From: Octopus bimaculoides
Lineage: Eukaryota
Assembly (NCBI RefSeq): GCF_001194135.2
Contig: NC_068984.1
Coordinates: 54,195,543 to 54,259,542 of the forward strand
Length of the DNA stretch: 64,000 nt
Direction: 5' to 3'
This document shows, one piece after another, positions 51,411 through 63,175 of the stretch (its first letter is position 1; each line of letters starts with the position of its first letter). Both the position numbers and the translations under genes were made by a program. The notes under the pieces were generated by a model. The model made no database searches. It saw nothing but the letters and a program-made list of their open reading frames with translations, and was not told the origin of the DNA.

Positions 51411-53417
51411 GATTATAAATTTTATCTCCAGCACTGGATATGATTTATACAGACACACTCGAACACGCACACATCTCATCGTTTTACATTTATGAATTGA
51501 ACGAGTTGAAGAGACGAATCAGAAACCACGTCTCACTTGTACGCTTCAGTTTTGGCGGTCTTTTTTTTATTAAGGCTGAATGCCTTTCCTACCGCCAACC
51601 ACTGTACAGAGTGTGTTAGAAATATTTTATCGTGGCGGTAGCACTAAAGAGCTTGTCTTGTCTCGACCAGGTGACATTCCTCTCTGCCGTATGTTGTTAT
51701 CATTAGTTCGTTTACTAGCATCAGAAGATATCTCATCTTTGGCAAGATTAAAAGAAAGTTCTCTTTTTCATTGTCTTGTCTCAGTGAATTCGTTCCTTTC
51801 TTTCTCACACAATTTAGTGGAACAAAAACCAGAGGGAGTGGCCGATGAAAGAGTTGGAGTAGAACTAGAGTGATGAAAATAAGGATCTGTTAGATGAGAG
51901 AGTAATGAAAGGAAGAGTAAAGGAGTGATAAACAACTCTATAATGGTCGTTAGTAAAAGTCTTTGGTGAAAGTTACATGACGCATAGTGTCGCAGAAGAG
52001 ACGTAATAGAGCCACACTGAGAAGGTCAAAGAAGAGTGACCAATGGAGGAGAAATATAGCAGCAAGGTGAACGATGAAAAATATAGTCTTCCCAACAACG
52101 ATTTTGCGGCGGGAACTTAGTTCAGATGTAAACGTTCTATATGTATACCAACATACAGTTTTCTTCAATATTACAAAGATTATTATTTTTTGTTGGCTCC
52201 ACGTGTAAAAGTAAACTTCGAGAAAACTTCAAATCATTAAGGGATTCTGCTCATACGCTCATGATCAAACTAATATCATTGAAAAAACTCTGTAAATTCC
52301 ATTTTAAGGGTTCAACATTGCTCAATATGAAGGAAATCTCAGATTGTGTAATCTTTCGGAGTATTTCATTAGTTTGCAATGAAATATTCTTAAATATTTT
52401 ATCTAATTATGATCGATGTTTTTATATATGTGTGTACACCTTTCTCTATGTTCATATACGTGTACATGAATTTCAAGGGTGCGTATACTTTCATGCTGTT
52501 ATAACTATTCATCTTTATTAAGAAATGACAGGACTTTCTCAATAGAATTCCAATAAGGTCTAGAGTTTGTTAACATTGCAACCGGGCTAGTGTTAGCTCT
52601 TAACGCGTTCACACTGTTGCAACAGGCATGTCGTTGATCTCAGGATAACTTCCTCCAGCCTGAAACTTGTCATGGACGTCGTCCTTCCTCTTCTGATTAC
52701 GCCATTAAAAACAAATGTGTCTATGTATGTCAAAATGGTTTAAAATATAGAACTGATTCACTAGATTAACATTTAGATGTAGCAAATCTTCCAGTTGTTT
52801 ACGATGTGTTTCTCATAGAGAAAATTCAGGCTTTATATACCATGTAATATATTGTGATATAATCAATATGCTATATAACTTTGTGCACCATTGATTATGG
52901 CTACTAATAGGAAACTACAGTGAAGGCTCAATAGCTGTATGTTAAAAGCTAATTGTTGAAGAGACATTTCTATCAGTTGGGCAACACTCATCCTTAATAA
53001 TTCGAGGTTTTATCTTCCATCTTGTTGAACGAAATATCTTATATGTTTACAAGCAGTAGATACTTGCATTGTTCCATGATACGTTATATATTTTGATGAC
53101 ATAGATACCTTCTATTTCTAAGTACGCTTAATAAAGCCGTTTGTTCAAACAATAAAAAAAAATATATATTTTTTGTACTGTGTCAATTGCTAGTGAAATG
53201 GGTTTTAATCCAACAAAACTGCTCTGATTAATGGTTTTGAGTCGCTTTGAATTTGTCTAACTCAACAGACACTTCATATGTATTTACTGTCCAAGTAAAT
53301 GTTTTATTATTTTGTTATATTTGGAGATAGTCATACTTTTACCAAATAAACACGTGCACTATATACTTGGCCTTCACTTCAGCTTTATCATCATTATTAT
53401 TATTATTTTAGTGTCAT

Positions 53418-53679
53418 CACACATCCTGTGACCTCTTCATCGACTCTTTATCCCACGTGTCTTGTCTTGTTCTTGAGAATAATGGAGACACTTGGCAAAG
53501 TATGACCATCCCCAAATATGACATCTGTTTCAACACATTATTTCACACACACACATCCTGTGACCTCTTCATCAACTCTTAATCCCACGTGTCTTGTCAT
53601 GTTCTTGAGAATAATGGAGACACTTGGCAAAGTATGACCATCCCCAAATATGACACCTGTTTCAACACATTATTTCACA
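53418..53679. repeat. 132-bp tandem duplication
   Basis: cacacatcctgtgacctcttcatc...ttcaacacattatttcaca x2, few mismatches. Confidence 0.9.
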
Positions 53680-55059
53680 TCGTGAATCTTTCAAAACAAA
53701 TACATAAATACATTATTTCATTATGAATATGATTTAATGTCTCTATCACTGCTACAAGAGGGTTATTTTTCGAGTTCATGTTGTTTTCTCTTAAATCTCT
53801 CAGAATAAATTACCCGTGTAGAATGATGTCCACACGTAGGAATTACTAATTTATTTACTGCTCACACACATACATAGCCAACTCTCTCAAAAGTTATTGA
53901 GATTAATTCTATATTTCTGTCCACTTTCCTAAGTGGTTGGAAGAACATCCGACGTCATATTTTATTTGGACATGGCCTGTACAGGTCTTATATGGAAATT
54001 GTTGAACTAAGTTTTTCTCAATCAGTTTTAACAAAACAGGAAGGGAGAGGGAGTGCAACTAAAAAACCGACAGTTTGTCTGTTTGAATATATCTTTGAGA
54101 CTTAATATATTGAGTAACCAGGTCTTGTTAATAGAGAACTTTAGGAAACAGCTCAAATTTTGCGACTGAAACCCTTACATTTATTTATTATTTATTTATT
54201 TGTTCTTTACGTCTTTGCGATATGAAATAGTCAAGTTTATGCTTTAACTAGCTAATTGAATTAATGATCGATGAATCGCTCATCTGGAAAGAGAACTAGT
54301 TCATGCCCGCCAGGAATACTTGCCTGGTAGCGTAACTTTGAAAACAGTTTAAAATACAATAATTTTCTGAAATCTAAGGATTTGTGAAATAAATCTTACA
54401 CTAATTTTAAAGGCCAATGATCACATCTAGCAACATATAAGTTGCAGGAAATATCTTGAAGTTCTGTTAGCACAGAATGCTGCTGAATGAAGATAAGAGC
54501 CAAGGAAGGTCAAGATTCTTTTGGTTGCCCTTTAATCTGGTGCATTTCTGCATATATATTTCAAATACTTCGCGATAATTAATTTGTTTCCACGCTAAGC
54601 AACGTGCAATTACCTCCTATTAGGAGTGAGTCAGATAATATTTGTACTAAAATTCTTTCTACTACATGCTTTCAACTTGTTCCATCAACGCCCTTCATAA
54701 CTTGCTTACACTTTGTTTCACATGTATGCTATATTAATACACATACATAGTAGGTGACGCAGAGAAAAAAGAAACAAAGAAAACAATGATGTAAACCAAA
54801 TATTCACTTAACGAATGAACTGAAAATTAACCACACAAATTACGCCAAGATCGGAAAGACCTTTCTCACATTCGAGTTTGAAATTGTCTGTTGAAGTTCT
54901 CTAAATGTTTTAAATTAGTACTGTGAAATGTATAAAGTAACCCTTCTGTAACTGCTAATACTAATAAAAGAAAAAAAGAATTGAGAGTGAAAAGTCCGTT
55001 TTCGGTGGAAAATTGGTAGATAATGTCATTTTCCTCAGAAGTAAATGGGAACTATATGT

Positions 55060-55250
55060 ATTATCTGCTTAATTTATCGTTAGCATGTCAGTATTTCGTC
55101 CGTCTTCATGTTCTGAGTTCAAATTCTGCCGAGGTCGACTTTATCTGTTATTCTTTCAGGGTCACTGACATGCATTCTAGATGAGCACAGGGATCGATGT
55201 AATCGATTAGTCTCATCTTTGAAATTTCAAGCCTTCTGCTTATAGTAGAA
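55060..55250 (+). mobile_element. SINE family C, degenerate
   Basis: gttctgagttcaaattctgccgaggtcgacttt. Confidence 0.7.
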
Positions 55251-55909
55251 ACTTTTAAAAAAAAAGTTCGGTTGTGGTTTATAAACATTACAATCTTAAA
55301 CTCTTCTGTTTAGCCAACAATATTGAATACAAATACTTGTAAGGGAGCCTGCACCTAGACAAGCTAACATTGAAAAACAAATTTTAATGAAAACAGTGTT
55401 AAAAAATTCCAGAAAAAACATCAGATTGTTTGAGAATATTAGTTTATCACCGAGGACCAATCTCTAATCATGAAAGATAATTAAGTTTATATAAATATCC
55501 TTGAAACAATCTTCGATATATGTGCTTTATTCGTAGCCATCACTACAGTATCCAATCAAATATACTACACACACACATCAGTTTGTTCGTATGTCTACAT
55601 TTCATCTTGTTTATTTTCATCTTTGCCCCTCGTCTTAAATCACATTTACTTCATGTTTGTTTGATCATTTTCGTTATTGTGTATTTGTTTATTTCTTGTT
55701 TGTTTGTTCACTTTCTGTCATGTTTGGTCCCTTATTCGTTGTCTCGCCATTTCCCGGTGGTTTCTTGCTGCCGGCGTCACCAAAGGGACCAATATTATCG
55801 TTGAAGGCACGAAATTATGCTTGACACTCTGGCCTATAACTGCTGAGGATTTTGGGACCTTCTGTGTCTGTTTTCCGTTTGTTTGTACATTTATTATATG
55901 TTTATTTTT

Positions 55910-56150
55910 ATTATTTACATTATTTACATTTGACGGATATTTGTCTTCATCTTGTTTGTTGTTAACACAACGTTTCGGCTGATATACCCTCCAGCCTTCA
56001 TCAGGTGTCTTGGGGATATTTCGAACATGGGTTATCATTCCTAAGGTATTTTTCGATGTTGTTGTTATTATTATTCAGGTTACTGCCTGGAATCGAGCAC
56101 GGAATCTTGGGGTTAGTAGCCCGCGCTCTTAACCACTACGCCATATGCCC
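55910..56150 (-). mobile_element. tRNA-headed, hammerhead-bearing short element with intact ribozyme core
   Basis: GGGCATATGGCGTAGTGG..CTACTAA..AAGATTCCG.GCTCGATTCCAGGC head (tRNA-Arg-like by eye), (AAT/AAC)n, hammerhead, then ccgtcaaatgtaaataatgta. Confidence 0.88.
55964..56009 (-). ncRNA. Minimal type I hammerhead ribozyme
   Basis: Minus strand reads GACAC CTGATGA A GGCTG gagggtatat CAGCC GAAA CG TT GTGTT: complete core, 5-bp stem II, 5-bp stem I (one G-U), loopless palindromic stem III (AACGTT), GUU triplet. Confidence 0.85.
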
Positions 56151-56154
56151 ACGT

Positions 56155-56318
56155 GCATATGGCGTAGTGGTTAAGAGCGCGGGTTACTAACAAGATTCCG
56201 AGTTCGATTCCAGGCAGTGACCTGAATAATAATAACATCAACATCGAAAAATACCTTAGGAATGAGAACCCATGTTCAAAATTTCCCCAAGACACCTGAT
56301 GAAGGCTGGAGGGTATAT
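56155..56318 (+). mobile_element. tRNA-headed hammerhead element, truncated within ribozyme loop II
   Basis: Inverted partner of 55910-56150; A box tggcgtagtgg, B box gagttcgattcc; ends gacacctgatgaaggctggagggtatat. Confidence 0.88.
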
Positions 56319-58071
56319 ATGTATTACAGTTCTGTATTCAAGAGATGAGGAATTATGTACATTATCTATATATATTGTTATTTCTCCGTAGATAGAAAAA
56401 GAGAACTGGTTTCAATCTTAGTTGGAACTTTCTCCAGCGGCCATGTATTCGCGATTGTCTATCCTTAGTGGAAGATAAGCTTATAGCTATTTATTTCGTC
56501 AATGCAAAATATGATTTGCATAGACCGTGATTTGCATATTGTCAGTAAATTAATCATTTATGCGCAAAGCTGCCCATCATTTGAGAACCATTGCCGTAAA
56601 GAATCGATTACCATTATTAGTATTACTGCTGAATAGGTTTGCTCAGCTTGAACAAATACACGGCAGAAAGTATGTCGACTGAACAAAATATTCGAATCAT
56701 ATTTCTAAGCATAATTTTACTTGACTTTATTACGGGACATATTTTCGAAGTATTTAGAGTTCTAACATTTGAAATCCATTGCAAATTAATAAAACCTATG
56801 TTAGGGAATATTTGGTTGTTACACTGCGTAAATCGAGTGACTATATAAGGTTTCTGGCGAATTTCAAGTTTGTTTTACGAGCCAATAGGACTATTTTGTC
56901 TATATTATATTAAGCGTAATTTCTCCGTCTCTTGCAAATCCTTTCAGCTTGCGTGTGCACACTAGCATTTTCTCTCTTCTTAGCAGGACACACTTATACG
57001 TAATGAGGTGTTCTATAGTTTAAAATAACGAGAGAGAACTGTCAGATGCCTGAGTGATACTTACTACGACTAAGTTTTTTTCGGCAAGACTTCCAGCCAC
57101 CCTTTAAAGAAATTTTCTTTTCGACACAAACCCACGTATTCGGCTTATGTGAATAGGAATCTGCAAAAAAAAAAAAAAAAAAAGGCAAAAATCGGCATTT
57201 CTAAATTACCACCCACCAATTTCCTNNNNNNNNNNTTCCGATCTAATATGCGGAAAAATACGGACATTATGATTCGGACAAAACTTTCAAAACATTTCTG
57301 TACTTATGGTTAGGGTTTTAGGGTTAGTGTTGGGGTAAAAAAAAATCAAAATGGAAGAAGTTGGGGGGAAAGGGGTTGAAAATTTTCACAATGCCGATTT
57401 TGGGCTATTTTCCGGAACCTCCGGATCCGAAAACGGGGATTTTTGGCAAAAATCTTTTTTTAAATAAACAAATTTGGGAGAAAATGGGGGTGGAGACAGA
57501 AGTCTTTCCGTTTTTTCAATTCTGCTTATTATAATAACGTATTTTTGTTGTAAAAAAACAAATGAAAAATTAAAACAAAATATCTTTAAAAACTTCGCTC
57601 AAACGAACTCGTCAATTTTAGATTAAGAAATGAAACTTCATTCATCAGTTCCTAAAGCAAAATAATTTTGAATAGCCTCAACAAGTTGTTTGGGGATGGA
57701 TTTTGACTCACCTCCAAGTACACAGATTACTTTTTTGATTGTCGTCATTGCTACATAACATACTTTATGACAAACTGTATGCATATGAGTGAGAGATAGA
57801 AAAATAGACTTATCCAATAACTCGAGTATTTTCAAAAATCATGAATTCACAAGCAAGACTGTGAATATGGGACAGCCATAGAAAAGCTGGCCATACTTAA
57901 AGGCCTGAAATATGCTGGTGTTTTATATCCTCCGCCCCAGTGGTCTTTGATAGAACAGATCTTTGATCAACAGTGTTATAGTTGTAATATCTCACACACA
58001 GATTTCAAAGTTTGCTGTAGGAAAATTTTTTCTGGGAGGAAATTTTTTTATGAACCTGTTCGTCTTATTCC

Positions 58072-58450
58072 GTGGAGGCGCAATGGCCCAGTGGTTAGGG
58101 CAGCGGACTCGCGGTCATAGGATCGCGGTTTCGATTCCCAGACCGAGCGTTGTGATTGTTTATTGAGCGAAAACACCTAAAGCTCCACGAAGCTCCGGCA
58201 GGGAGTGATGGCGAACCCTACTGTACTCTTTCACCACAACTTTCTCTCACTCTTTCTTCCTGTTTCTGTTGTACCTGTATTTCAAAGGGCCAGCCTTGTC
58301 ACACTGTGTCATGCTGAATATCCCCGAGAACTACGTTAAGGGTACACGTGTCTGTGGAGTGCTCAGCCACTTGCACGTTAATTTCACGAGCAGGCTGTTC
58401 CGTTGATCGGATCAACTGGAACCCTCGATGTCGTAAGCGACGGAGTGCCA
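58072..58450 (+). mobile_element. SINE family A, full length, tail-less
   Basis: TSD tcttattcc at 58063-58071 and 58451-58459. Confidence 0.92.
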
Positions 58451-59396
58451 TCTTATTCCAGACATTGTTATTGCTGTAGCTTAGATAAAGGTTAGTCCTG
58501 GCCTTGCAGACCTATGATCAAAAGGTAATCCTGTTATGACCATACATCTTCCTTATGGGTATTGAATATCAAAGAAAACAGTATCCGGTATGACCTGCCT
58601 GTTTCAAGAAGATATAGCTGGTATTTCTAGTAAACCTGCCTCTTTACCTCTATAGTCATGTGGGTGGCTGATTAAGCTTTCAAATCAGGAAGTCAATGTT
58701 TAGCTGCATGTAGTAGATGGTATTTCTTTAAACGGTAAAGTAAGATGCAATCAAGTATAATCCTGTAATTTCCTCCCATTTTTCACCAGAGTTGAATAGC
58801 AACTAGTAGTTTGTGGGATTCTTAACAATAAACGACAACTGGGCTTGGCGCCCATTGTCTGTCTTCAAAGCAGTCAGTGACATCATCGTTAAAACCAGCA
58901 GGGGGTGACTTTATTTCTGTAAAGGAAGTGACTGTTAAACTAAGTGTTGTGAGATATAATTTATCTAGCATAAAAATGTGTTTAATAATTATTATTTGAT
59001 ATTAGAATTAAAGTTAAAAATTAAGTGTTCAGTAGTTGGGAACAAGGAAATAACAGAAAATGAATATTTTAGCTATTAAGTAACGGATGGATTCAACATA
59101 CTGGGAAACGAAATTTGTAACCGGTACACACTGGGACGAGGCCACACCTTTGTAGGAGAAATCGGAACCAATGACACCCTGGTACACATGTGGTATATAT
59201 TTAACATGCATGAAATACAAAGCCGGTCATAGAGTGGTGAAATGAAATACTTTGATGTATTTTGTATAACACTCTATGATTTCTGGATGTAATAAATTCA
59301 CAAGCGTAGTACACACGCGCGCACGCACACATTCATTGATGTGTTTACTTATCGTTATAGGGATAGGTAGTTTATCTGTCTTTATAGACGTAAGCG

Positions 59397-59771
59397 AGAG
59401 GCGCAATGGCCCAGTGGTTAGGGCAGCGGACTCGCGGTTTCGATTCCCAGACCGGGCGTTGTGAGTGTTTATTGAGCGAAAACACCTAAAGCTCCACGAG
59501 GCTCCGGCAGGGGATGGTGGCGAACCCTGCTGTACTCTCTCACCACAACTTTCTCTCACTCTTACTTCCTGTTTCTGTTGTGCCTGTAATTCAAAGGGTC
59601 AGCCTTGTCATACTGCGTCACACTGAATATCCCCGAGAACTACATTAAGGGTACACGTGTCTGTGGAATGCTCAGCCACTTGCATGTTAATTTCACGAGC
59701 AGGCTGTTCCGTTGATCGGATCAACTGGAACCCTCGACGTCGTAAGCGACGGAGTGCCAACAACAACAACA
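59397..59771 (+). mobile_element. SINE family A with small deletion in the tRNA head
   Basis: TSD atagacgtaagcg at 59384-59396 and 59772-59784; deletion between two cgcgg microhomologies. Confidence 0.92.
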
Positions 59772-60074
59772 ATAGACGTAAGCGTAAGCCGCATGGTTAA
59801 GAAGTTCTTTTTGCAACCATATGACACTGGGTTTGCTCCCACAGCACATTACCGTAGACAAAAGTTTTTATAAACGCGCGCGCGCGCACACACATACACA
59901 CACACACACACACACACAACTGCATCCGAAGATAGGCTGACCGACTGCTAGGCATGAAGTGAACAACTTCTGGACTAAGGGCACCTTACCACCTCTCACT
60001 TCCTCTTCAAATGCCAATACAGTGGCCTACACCCTTCCGATCATGTTGGTGTTGTACCAGCTCCCTTCAGAAAC

Positions 60075-60250
60075 TTCTAGCAGTTTTTGAGGGGAAGAAG
60101 AACTCGATTTATCGATCCCAGCACTTGATTGATACTTATTTTACCGACCCCGAAAGGATGAAAGGCGGAATTTGATCTCTGAACGTCAAGACGGACGAAA
60201 TATCACTAAGTATTTTGTTAGGTGTGCTAACGGTTCTACCATATCACCGC
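60075..60250 (-). mobile_element. SINE family C, degenerate
   Basis: gatacttattttaccgaccccgaaaggatgaaaggcggaatttga. Confidence 0.7.
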
Positions 60251-60374
60251 AATAACAACAACAACAACAATAACGATAATAATAATGATGATGATGATTG
60301 TGTATGTGTGGCTGTATGGTTACGAAGTTTGACCAATGCCTTATGAGTAAAATTGTTAGACACAAACTGTTGTC

Positions 60375-60922
60375 GGATCTTTTTTAAAACGGGGGCCACA
60401 TTTTTCATTAACGAAACACTTTGAAACTTGGAACACTGGTAGAATGTGTCATATAAAACATCTTTTTCTCTTAGTCTTCTTTAAAAAAAAAGAAATCCAT
60501 AAATTATTCCATGTTAAAGTTGTCGTATTTCTGTAATTTCAACCAATCACTGACGTCCATTCAGCCGATATACATTAAGTGCCGACTACATAAACAAACG
60601 ATTCTGAAACAATTAATCCTAACCCTAACCCTAGGGTTAGGGTTAGGGTTAAAGCAAATTTAAAATGAAAAAAGCAAATAAAACGAAGAATTGTTTGTTT
60701 ATGTAGTCGGCCTTTAATGTATATCGGCTGAATGGACGTCAATGATTGGTTGAAATTATCGAAATAAGACAATTTTTTACATGAAATAAATTCGAATACA
60801 AAAATATTTTTCTGTTCTATAACACAAAATAGATAAGTATACGAAGTTTGAAAGTCTTTCCGTACCAAAAACACTACGTAAAACATTAATGAAAAATGTG
60901 GCCCCCGTTTTAAAAAAGATCC
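60375..60922. mobile_element. Non-autonomous DNA transposon (MITE) with palindromic telomeric-repeat core
   Basis: Perfect 37-bp TIRs (60375-60411, 60886-60922) starting GGATC; 8-bp TSD CTGTTGTC (60367-74, 60923-30); ~62-bp internal IR; (CCCTAA)n(TTAGGG)n at 60614-60651. Confidence 0.92.
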
Positions 60923-61417
60923 CTGTTGTCTTTAAATCCATCTTATATACTTGTATGAATGGGTGTATCTCTATGTTTATCACCCATCACTTGACAACTT
61001 GTGTTGGTTTGTTTACGTTCCTGTAATTAAATGGTTCGGTTGAAAGAACGATAGAATAAGTGCCAGATTTAGTATTCACTGGGATCGATACGATCGAGTT
61101 ACTCATTCATGCCGGTGCTACAGCATGGCCGGTCTCCAGTGACTGAAACAACTATCAGTATAAAATGAGTAAAAGAGCGTGTGTACATGTATGCGTGTGT
61201 GAATTCATGTATGTGTCTATGTATTTGTGTACCGGTGTAATACGGAGCGTTGTTTTGCACCTAATTACGTTGAACGGTAACTGAGCCATTCAATAAATAA
61301 AGATCGATAAGATAAATACCAGTTTGAAGTAAGCACTGAATTCAATACAATCGCATGAAAACCTTCGAAAACGATGTTCTATTATGGTTGTAATCTAATG
61401 TCTGAAATCAATTAGAG

Positions 61418-61689
61418 TAGTGGTTCCCAAGCATTTTCTGGCTGCCGCCCTTTGGCACCCGGGCCCATATTGCTAGCCACCCTCCACTACTACCAACACA
61501 AACACAGACCACTTTCTGCAGCAAATTCAAAACAACTGTATTTCACGAATAAAATTTAACCTAATTAACCCAATATATATTTTTTTTATATCCATCACCT
61601 CCTTTTGGCCACCCCGTTATCGACACACTTTTTTTCAATCACCCCCCCCCAAAAAAAAGGGGCACTACCACCGACTTTGGGAATCACTG
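61418..61689. mobile_element. hAT-type MITE
   Basis: TIRs tagtggttcccaa / ttgggaatcactg; 8-bp flanks aattagag / agttagag. Confidence 0.8.
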
Positions 61690-61702
61690 AGTTAGAGAAT
61701 AT

Positions 61703-62090
61703 GTTGTTGTTGGGCACTCTGTCGCTTACGACGTCGAGGGTTCCAGTCGATCCGATCAACGGAACAGCCTACTCGTAAAATTAACGTGCAAGTGGCTGAG
61801 CACTCCACAGACACGTATAACCTTCACGTAGGTCTCGGGGAGATTCAGCGTGACACAGTGTGACAAGGCTGGCCCTTTGAATTACAGGCACAACAGAAAC
61901 AGGAAGAAAGAGTGAGAGAAAGTTGTGGTGGAAGAGTACAGCAGGGTTCGCCACCATCCCCTGCCGGAGCCTCGTGGAGCTTTAGGTGTTTTCGCTCAAC
62001 AAACACTCACAATGCCCGGTCTGGGAATCGAAACCGCGACCCTATGACCGCGAGTCCGCTGCCCTAACCAGTGGGCCATTGCGCCTCCAC
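61703..62090 (-). mobile_element. SINE family A, full length
   Basis: TSD tagagaatat at 61693-61702 and 62091-62100. Confidence 0.92.
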
Positions 62091-62839
62091 TAGAGAATAT
62101 ACCATGCCCTGAAAAAGATGATGATGAAATATAAATCTCTTTTTAAGTACAATTAAAGCTTAGTATAGCTGAACCACTTCTACTCTCTTCCATTCATAGA
62201 TATGCACCGGACATTCATAAGAAATTCCTTTTGCCTGACAGCCGATGCCTGTCTGCTCCCAGAAAATTCTCTTGGGAATAGATCTCAGGTCTTTGATTCC
62301 TTATCCCCTCATCATAAGGAGCGGCGGGAATATGTCATCACCGCTACTCCAGTAAACATGCATTCCTATTTTTGGGTAATTGTACCATTGCATTTTATTA
62401 TTTACTCTTCGAGTTTTTCATGATGCAAGGTTTTCATTAGCGCGTACTAATTGTTATCACCAGTAGTTTGCTCTTCGAATATCCCCTAAAAGAAACGTAC
62501 AAATTGCTTCCGTTATCCTTTTATTTTCACTCTCTCTCTCTTTTTATCGTTAACTTATTTGTCCTCTTTTCCGTTATTTGCTCTTTTTTTTTATCCAGTG
62601 ACTCTTCTTTATCTATCGCAGATATGTACAGAAAAACAAAAGTTGTCTAAATAAATATCGTTAATTGTATAATAGAATGCTGTTGAGTATTACAAAACTG
62701 GTAGCTTTGGACAGAGTAATGAATAAACAAGAAAAAGTTTTTCTGAAAGCGAAGAAATAGCATTCACTAAATATAAATTATCTATAGAAAAACGAAAGAC
62801 GACGGACAAAACGGATTAATGATTTTAATTCTTATACAT

Positions 62840-63175
62840 TATTTTATACTCTTTTATTCTTTTACTTGTTTCAGTCATTTGACTGCGGCCATGCTGGAGC
62901 ACCGCCTTTAGTCGAGAAAATCGACTCCAGGTCTTATTCTTTGTAAGCCTAGTACTTATTCTATCGGTCACTTTTTGCCGAACCGCTAAGTTAGGGTGAC
63001 GTAAACACACCAGCATCGGTTGTCAAGCGATGGAGGTGGGGGGACAAACACAGACACACAAACACACCCGAGGCTATAGTAGAAGACACTTGCCCAAGGC
63101 GCCACGCAGTGGGACTGAACCCGGAACCATGTGGCTGGTAAGCAAGCTACTTATCACACAGCCACTCCTGCGCCT
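62840..63175 (-). mobile_element. SINE family B, internally deleted
   Basis: Reverse complement of 21794-22210, lacking the gtgagtggatttgg segment. Confidence 0.85.

Noticed and set aside
51830-52130. Minus-strand CR1-like 3' remnant (similar hints at ~33780-34720)
   Set aside because: Only one short motif-like match; insufficient without a profile search.
53418-53679. Hammerhead within the tandem unit (TTGATGA...GAAAC on minus)
   Set aside because: No consistent stem I or stem II.
55724-55792. HDV-like ribozyme (GGTCCC...CGAAT..GGGACC on minus)
   Set aside because: P2-like stem present, but P1, P1.1 and L3 could not be fitted.
56076-56222. Bona fide tRNA genes
   Set aside because: Acceptor stem does not close and heads run directly into the repeat body; treated as SINE heads.
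60614-60651. Telomere fusion scar
   Set aside because: Wrong polarity, very short, and lies inside a TIR/TSD-bounded element present twice.
62200-62283. Next SLC4 exon after cattcatAG
   Set aside because: In the required phase 2 it reads YAPDIHKKFLL..WE-stop, not W[LV]KFEEDVE, and there is no good donor.
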